DNA from: an uncultured virus (IMG/VR IMGVR_UViG_3300022700_000138)
Lineage: Duplodnaviria; Heunggongvirae; Uroviricota; Caudoviricetes
Reading direction: 5' to 3' (one strand)
Length of the DNA: 64,000 nucleotides
IMG/VR virus record: IMGVR_UViG_3300022700_000138
A program made the position numbers and the translations under genes. The notes under the pieces were generated by a model. It saw only the letters and a list, made by a program, of their open reading frames with translations, ran no database searches and was not told the DNA's origin. How positions within the stretch are numbered: position 1 is the first letter of the stretch; every line of letters begins with the position of its first letter. Shown here piece by piece: positions 58,253 through 64,000 of the stretch.

Positions 58253-58471
58253 ATGTCTCCTTCCCCAGAAAAACCGAGTATACCAGTTGAGCATGTGAAA
58301 AATGCTGAAGAGCTAGTGAAAGAGATAGATTTACATGCCGCATTCATAATGCGCGAGGTAAAGCGAAAAGGGATACTTAGGCTAACTGTTAATGGTGAGG
58401 AAGCGGTAGAATTAGCAAGTACCCTCTTTCAATTAACATCACTTGTCCGTTCCAAGGAACAACTAAGCTAA
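58253..58471 (+). CDS. Small hypothetical protein
   Basis: 72 aa, packed with 1-2 nt gaps. Confidence 0.55.
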   Translation: MSPSPEKPSIPVEHVKNAEELVKEIDLHAAFIMREVKRKGILRLTVNGEEAVELASTLFQLTSLVRSKEQLS

Positions 58472-58472
58472 C

Positions 58473-60098
58473 ATGCCTAGACAGCTACTAAACGCCTCCA
58501 GCAACGGAACCACTACAGATTGGCTCGTGGTGGGGTCTAGTACATCTTGGGAAGCAGTTTTGAATACCTCGGACGACTCCAGTTATTTAGAGTCGTCAAC
58601 GTTGAATGATCTTTCTGAACTCAACTGCGGAGCGGGATACCAGCCGATTGGTGGCCGTATTATGGCGGTCAGTATTCACTACCGCATGAGAGCAGTGAAC
58701 GCAAGTAGCGGTGCACAAGTAGACATAATACTACAAAGAGGCGGATCTTCTCACCTAGCTGATACCGTCGCACTACCCTCCGCAAATTGGGTAGATGGGA
58801 CCGTCAGGGTGAGAGAAGATTGGACCACCTCTGCCAGATTCACGATTGATGGTGTAGCCGACCTAGGTGCAGCAGTAAAGCTAAGTACAGCACCATCTTC
58901 CGGTTCGGTACGCGTGAGTCGATTGTGGTTAGAAGTGGAGTATGTCTACGGCCCGTATCTATACGATCCGTACGATGGCGTTCTCCCAGACGCTATAACC
59001 GGGCCCCTTAACTGGAACACGTTGGGTACGCAGCCCGCTTCTATAACAGGGAATTATCTACGAATCGACGACACAAGCTCTACAGACACGAGACTATACG
59101 CACACCAAGTCTCGTCCCCGGTCAAATATAGTCCGGATTACATTACAGAAATTGAAACGCGGATCAATCTGACTAATATAGGCGGACCTTCTAGTGCTGG
59201 TATTTATATGATTTCTGGATATTTCGAAGAAACAGCGGTGCCGGCTGTCGTATGCACTCGAGTTGGGGGCGTACAGTATATTGGTCTATCCGCAACATTC
59301 CTGGACCCGGCAGATCTGAACAATTTTTATGATATTGCCCAGTTTGAATTTGAGAATAAAGATCTTCACTTTAGGATCGTGATTGATAGAGATGACACAG
59401 TCGGTTCGGTGGGTAAAGTCTCTGTCTACCTAGACTATGCAGACGATCCGATTTTATCCGCTGGTTTTTATTCTATAGGTTCAACCACTGTTACAACGTC
59501 TGGCCCTACATTCGGATCCACCTTTCAAGCAACAGGGCAGGTACGGGCAGACATAGATTATTTTGCTTTCCGAAGCTATCGAAAAAGGGGGGACACGTTT
59601 AGCAGCTGGAAAGATTGGACTTTTGGTGACAATCAGATCACCGTAGATTCCACGGACAGTGGAATTGTGAAACCGGTGGAGCTACCACCGGGTGTTATAG
59701 CAGGACAGAGCCAGTATGCTTGTGTGTTGGAAATGAATGATCCGGCTGATCTCTGCCAGACATACCAAGTATTTCCGCTGCCAGAGGCTACGCCACAGAC
59801 TTACAAACTAGATCTTGATCACAAACAAGACGTGAGTAGCGGAGCCAATATAGAGTTACTATTACAGAGATTTCCTGATTTATATTATTGGGATGATGTT
59901 GGTAAGGTTTGGAGTTCGACAGAACAAGCAATAGTAGCACCTATACAAACAAGTAGAACACGGTCACCCCTGGTCACAAATCTTTCAGTTCCAAGCCTGG
60001 AAAACATATTACTTATAACTATACGTACAGTAATAACAGCACCTTTGGTTGGGTCTGTAAAGGGATGGATCTACAAAGTATATCTTGCTAGGGAATAA
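58473..60098 (+). CDS. Putative virion/baseplate protein (beta-rich)
   Basis: S/T/G-rich beta-strand composition in the tail module. Confidence 0.6.
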   Translation: MPRQLLNASSNGTTTDWLVVGSSTSWEAVLNTSDDSSYLESSTLNDLSELNCGAGYQPIGGRIMAVSIHYRMRAVNASSGAQVDIILQRGGSSHLADTVALPSANWVDGTVRVREDWTTSARFTIDGVADLGAAVKLSTAPSSGSVRVSRLWLEVEYVYGPYLYDPYDGVLPDAITGPLNWNTLGTQPASITGNYLRIDDTSSTDTRLYAHQVSSPVKYSPDYITEIETRINLTNIGGPSSAGIYMISGYFEETAVPAVVCTRVGGVQYIGLSATFLDPADLNNFYDIAQFEFENKDLHFRIVIDRDDTVGSVGKVSVYLDYADDPILSAGFYSIGSTTVTTSGPTFGSTFQATGQVRADIDYFAFRSYRKRGDTFSSWKDWTFGDNQITVDSTDSGIVKPVELPPGVIAGQSQYACVLEMNDPADLCQTYQVFPLPEATPQTYKLDLDHKQDVSSGANIELLLQRFPDLYYWDDVGKVWSSTEQAIVAPIQTSRTRSPLVTNLSVPSLENILLITIRTVITAPLVGSVKGWIYKVYLARE

Positions 60099-60122
60099 CT
60101 CTCAGCAGAAGGACTCAAGAGT

Positions 60123-60560
60123 ATGGCGTTTACCTCAATTGCTGTCGTTACCAATGAAGCTAAAAGGCGAATCGCTGAAATGTGGATCAGCGGTAAGTCG
60201 TACCAAGTAAAGTATTTCGCACTGACTTCCGGTGGACATGATCCGAATGATCCTACGATTGCGTTGGCTATAGACCCTTCCGCAACATCTATGCCTGGGT
60301 CTCCACCGTTCTTTGGCCCTGAACCTATCGATTCAATTGATATAACGTCAGACTTTTGTCCCGTATTTCATTGTGTAGTAGAAACTGGCGAAGTCGCCGG
60401 TATCGTTAGCAGTGTAGGACTTTTCGCTGAGATAGTCTACTCTCCTACTCCAGGAGATCCGGAGGTCGGTACAACTTTCTTGTTTGCAGTACATAATCGA
60501 CCTCAGGTAATATTTACTCCAAGTGATTCGGCGGTATTTGATATAAACGTTTTTATGTAG
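60123..60560 (+). CDS. Putative tail-collar / fibre-attachment protein
   Basis: VVTNEAKRRIA...SSVGLFA...FLFAV pattern of fibre-collar proteins. Confidence 0.55.
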   Translation: MAFTSIAVVTNEAKRRIAEMWISGKSYQVKYFALTSGGHDPNDPTIALAIDPSATSMPGSPPFFGPEPIDSIDITSDFCPVFHCVVETGEVAGIVSSVGLFAEIVYSPTPGDPEVGTTFLFAVHNRPQVIFTPSDSAVFDINVFM

Positions 60561-60587
60561 TCTAACACAGACTACCGGAGTAGCGCA

Positions 60588-63500
60588 ATGACACTTCAGG
60601 CAAGTTTCGTATGGGAAAACCCAGACTCAACCAAAGATTTAAACGCCAGGCTGTGGCGCATTGTCGAGCGAGGAGTCGTCTGGGGCGGAACCATAAATCC
60701 GAACCCAGCGAGCCTAAATATAGAAATCGACCCGTTTGTAGCTGTTAGCTTTGACGGAATGGCCGTTGCGAATCCAGACCCGAAAACGGTACTGGTTGCC
60801 GCCAATACAAACAACTACATCGTTGTCCGGGCACGATACAACGAAAGTGGTGTACCCGCTGTACCGACTCTATATTACCAAGTATTAGCTGAAAGTGCTT
60901 ACAACCTTGATCCAGAGAAGGACTATCTCATAGTTCTCGGTCGTGTGGACTTAGCGCCAACCGCTACGAGCGTGTCAGCCAACGATATCTACTACGACGT
61001 AAAAGACGAAGTAACTCCAGTAGGACGCGACTGGTACCAAGGTAAAGTTGCGGTGCCTGGCGACCTGCCTATGCCGCCACCTCATGCCAACAGAATTGGT
61101 GACTTCTACTTTGTAGATTCGGCTAACACGTTTTATTTCTGGAACGGTAGTAGCTGGGAACCACTTAACACAGGATCGTTCAACTCAGAAACCACGATTA
61201 TGAACAAAGGTCTTGTGGAGTCCGAGTGGAGGCGAACTACCGAGGGCAGCGGCGTTATCGCTGGTGTACGTCCGGAACAAGGTAATTTTGCGAGCGGGAC
61301 CGAGATAGCGCTAGAGGAAACGCCGGCCACCGCTAACCAAATAGGTCTTGACACGTTTAATGCGGTAGTGAACGGGCACTACATCCAGACCCATGGTCAA
61401 TATGTACCACTAGACCCCAAACCAGGTACCGGAAATAGGTACGATTTGGTTTTCCTGGAGGTATGGCGTGAGGAGCTAACCCCACCCGCCGCCAGTCCTG
61501 AAACGGTCGACTACGAGAAAAATCCAGACGGCTCGACCACCTATACTGTCAAGCAAGTAGACGACAAGCTGGAAAGTTTAGCGTGGGATGCGGGAATAAC
61601 AGCTGTAAGTGGTGATAATTTTTCTCTACATGAAATAAATTCCTATGACCACGGGTGGTTAGTTACCCGGTACAGATTTTCCAAGATTACAAACGTCCCT
61701 TCTACAGTAGCCCTGTACAATCCGTCACATCCAACTATTTCTGCAGTTGCCACGAATATTGACGGTAATCCCTTCAGTTCACAGCCTGCAGGTTCTGGTA
61801 TGGACGACCGGTTGTGGATGGCAAGTGCCCCAACAACCAGTGCTGACGGGTACAGCTGGGCAATCCCCATTTTGGTACTGAACAGAGACTCGACCGAAAC
61901 CTACGTCCAAATATTCCGCGATGGTGTGCGTACGGCGCTACCGATATACCCGGTAGCCGATGTTGCACATGCAGCACGCAAGGCACTAGATAGCGTACAT
62001 ACATCAAACGTGATCGCGCCGGGAATCGACCAATATCCTTATGACGAGCCTAGTGGATTCCTTTCTGGGTTGGATCACCAAATAGAGACAACCGGACCCG
62101 GGAACACGCTAACGCTTTACGAAGATCAGATAAGGGTGCGTGTACGTGGTGTGGAGGAGTGGTTGCACCTTCCTGGCGGTGCAGACATGGATATAGGTAC
62201 ACCGCCTGCTACCGGTTACGCTAGAACACTGGTGTACCTAAAAATGAACTTTACTCTGTATGACAATGCGACAACAGGTGGTACCCCTGTAGATAACAGC
62301 ATTGTAAGCCAAATACACCATCCTTACGTTCCATCAAACATATCAGGTACATTCCGTGGGCAAGGGTGGAAACGTGGTTTTGTTACTTGGCAGTTTGTCT
62401 ACCAAACTTGGAACAACACTGATTATTTAGACGAAGACGATGCTATGAGTGCTGCGGGCTGGACGCGTGGCGACGTTACCATGGCAGCAGCTGGCGCTCA
62501 GTACGAGGACGGCGGCATTTGGTCGCGGTCGATTGCCATAGATGCCGACGATCGGGTTCATCCCATGCAAGCAGAATGGGCCATCCCTATCTGTCTAGTC
62601 CACCGCAGAAATACTGGGACGTGGACCTATGACACTAATCCAAATGGATCTCCTGGCAGACCTGACGACCGTACCGACGCTACGGTATTGCATGTAGACG
62701 ACTTAGTTGATCTCCGTCATGAAGTGGGCTTGAGCGAGGACGACGTCAAAGAACGTATCGTAGCCGACATGCAGAAAAATATGACCGGCCGTCTCCGAAC
62801 TAGGTTGGCGAATAAATACCAAGGTAGCGGTACCAGTGGGGAAGTAGCCGGGACGAGGATACTCCAAACAGATTTTATTGGTAACGTTCCCGGTGAGTAC
62901 AACATGGAACCTGGGGATGGAAGACGGCGAATTTGGAGTGACGCACGTGAATTCCAAGTCTTGTCGGCACAGTTTGACTTGCTGAGTAGTAGCAGCGGAA
63001 CCAATTACTCGTATAACTACGATGGTGGAAATAACCGCGGGACGTTGACTATAACAGCCCCAACTTATGCTAGTATAGTCAGACATATACCTGCAATAAC
63101 GATAGCAAAAGGTGATGATCCGGATGCTGCGGATTTCATGGAATTTTATGGGCCGCCACTATGGACTTCGCAAAAAAGTCTGCCCTCGGCTGGGTTAGGG
63201 TCATACCCAACTCCGGTAGAAGCAAAGTACATGGATTCTAGCTCCGGGACCGATGCACTGGAGCCCATTGTATTCTACTGGCCGTACGATCAATCTACCA
63301 CGACCGCAAGCTTTCAGGGATTTGAAGTTACTAGAGATCCGATCTCAGGCAACGCGGTGTCTATGACAGGCTACATAGATACCAGTGGTGTATCAGGAAG
63401 TGCAGTTATAAGTTGGTGGGTACATTACGATCGTAGTTATACAGCCCCACTCGACGTAAATTATGGGCTAGCGGAGATTCCCGATGAGGTACACAAAATT

Positions 63501-64000
63501 ACCAAAGATCCACTGGGCAGCCCAGAACAAATAAACCTCGGACCATTATACTGTACTGTAAAGAAGACACTGACGTCCGCGTCTTCCGTTACTATTAGCG
63601 ATACAGATGTAGCTGCCGCCTCGGGTATGACAGGTACAATTACTTTGGTAGGTCTTGGGGACAGGTTCCTAGAAAGTTCGGTGAGTATACCAACCACAAC
63701 CATGACGCTTTCTAGGGATGCAATAACGGACAACTTCTCTCTATCTTATACTGGAGAATACCAAGCAGTAGTATATTTTTATACGAGCGATGTGAGTAAA
63801 TGGGTGGAGGTTGGGAAGGGAGGAAAAAGTGTACAAGCTTACTTCGAATGGAATGAGGATGTTTTTCCATTTGGGAGCCAACCTGCCAGTAGTGGCAACA
63901 GAACCAGGGCATTAGGGGAGGATCATTTTGTAAATGCAAAGAACCCATTTGGACGAACAAAAAACGACAATAGTCCACTAATAAATCCTACAGCTTGGTT
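60588..64000 (+). CDS. Partial large baseplate/tail-fibre protein (>1130 aa, runs off window end)
   Basis: Absent from the ORF track, consistent with no stop before the window end. GGAG SD, starts MTLQASFVWENPDSTKDLN, contains RYDLVFLEVWREE and WAIPI motifs; the last codons are open in the same frame (KNDNSPLINPTAW). Confidence 0.8.
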   Translation, partial: MTLQASFVWENPDSTKDLNARLWRIVERGVVWGGTINPNPASLNIEIDPFVAVSFDGMAVANPDPKTVLVAANTNNYIVVRARYNESGVPAVPTLYYQVLAESAYNLDPEKDYLIVLGRVDLAPTATSVSANDIYYDVKDEVTPVGRDWYQGKVAVPGDLPMPPPHANRIGDFYFVDSANTFYFWNGSSWEPLNTGSFNSETTIMNKGLVESEWRRTTEGSGVIAGVRPEQGNFASGTEIALEETPATANQIGLDTFNAVVNGHYIQTHGQYVPLDPKPGTGNRYDLVFLEVWREELTPPAASPETVDYEKNPDGSTTYTVKQVDDKLESLAWDAGITAVSGDNFSLHEINSYDHGWLVTRYRFSKITNVPSTVALYNPSHPTISAVATNIDGNPFSSQPAGSGMDDRLWMASAPTTSADGYSWAIPILVLNRDSTETYVQIFRDGVRTALPIYPVADVAHAARKALDSVHTSNVIAPGIDQYPYDEPSGFLSGLDHQIETTGPGNTLTLYEDQIRVRVRGVEEWLHLPGGADMDIGTPPATGYARTLVYLKMNFTLYDNATTGGTPVDNSIVSQIHHPYVPSNISGTFRGQGWKRGFVTWQFVYQTWNNTDYLDEDDAMSAAGWTRGDVTMAAAGAQYEDGGIWSRSIAIDADDRVHPMQAEWAIPICLVHRRNTGTWTYDTNPNGSPGRPDDRTDATVLHVDDLVDLRHEVGLSEDDVKERIVADMQKNMTGRLRTRLANKYQGSGTSGEVAGTRILQTDFIGNVPGEYNMEPGDGRRRIWSDAREFQVLSAQFDLLSSSSGTNYSYNYDGGNNRGTLTITAPTYASIVRHIPAITIAKGDDPDAADFMEFYGPPLWTSQKSLPSAGLGSYPTPVEAKYMDSSSGTDALEPIVFYWPYDQSTTTASFQGFEVTRDPISGNAVSMTGYIDTSGVSGSAVISWWVHYDRSYTAPLDVNYGLAEIPDEVHKITKDPLGSPEQINLGPLYCTVKKTLTSASSVTISDTDVAAASGMTGTITLVGLGDRFLESSVSIPTTTMTLSRDAITDNFSLSYTGEYQAVVYFYTSDVSKWVEVGKGGKSVQAYFEWNEDVFPFGSQPASSGNRTRALGEDHFVNAKNPFGRTKNDNSPLINPTAW

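Noticed and set aside
1..64000. Stop-codon reassignment, tRNA genes, or a diversity-generating retroelement
   Set aside because: Genes are full length in the standard code and many end in TAG/TGA abutting neighbours. No tRNA cloverleaf, reverse transcriptase or TR/VR pair was noticed, though a tRNAscan run is still advisable.

Overview
This is a 64-kb segment of a large tailed dsDNA bacteriophage, probably a jumbo contractile-tailed (myovirus-like) phage. It uses the standard genetic code, and a bacterial host is implied by Shine-Dalgarno sites, a sigma70-family factor, DnaX/DnaN/DnaB/DnaG/PcrA-type proteins, KhpA and an M23 peptidoglycan peptidase. About 1-40 kb is a nearly self-sufficient replication/recombination/repair region: ATP-dependent ligase, Rad50/SbcC, Mre11/SbcD, DnaX clamp loader, RecA, gp32-like SSB, sigma factor, Cas4-like nuclease, primase, RuvC, class II RNR, SF2 helicase, DnaB, 5'-3' exonuclease, probable beta-clamp and UvrD/PcrA. 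A few probable neck/tail genes lie at 18-23 kb. A ~690-bp non-coding region at 40.2-40.9 kb has a near-consensus sigma70 promoter and looks like a replication origin. About 42-64 kb is a baseplate/tail-fibre module. The most notable observations are: (i) a bacterial-type histone-fold gene with a basic N-terminal extension, coupled to an apparently inactive Dam-like methyltransferase, plus an AT-hook protein and an unannotated 58-aa Arg-rich ORF, together a possible phage chromatin toolkit; (ii) two recurring oriented intergenic motifs (CTGTAAA and GTTACT(T)CTAT) that look like two phage promoter classes, alongside a sigma factor with an altered region 4; (iii) several pseudo-enzymes; (iv) a structured, switchable nrdJ leader; (v) an origin-adjacent protein with a clamp-binding-like QLTMF and a C-terminal RGPP arrest-like motif. 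All calls come from motif recognition by eye; no database searches were run.
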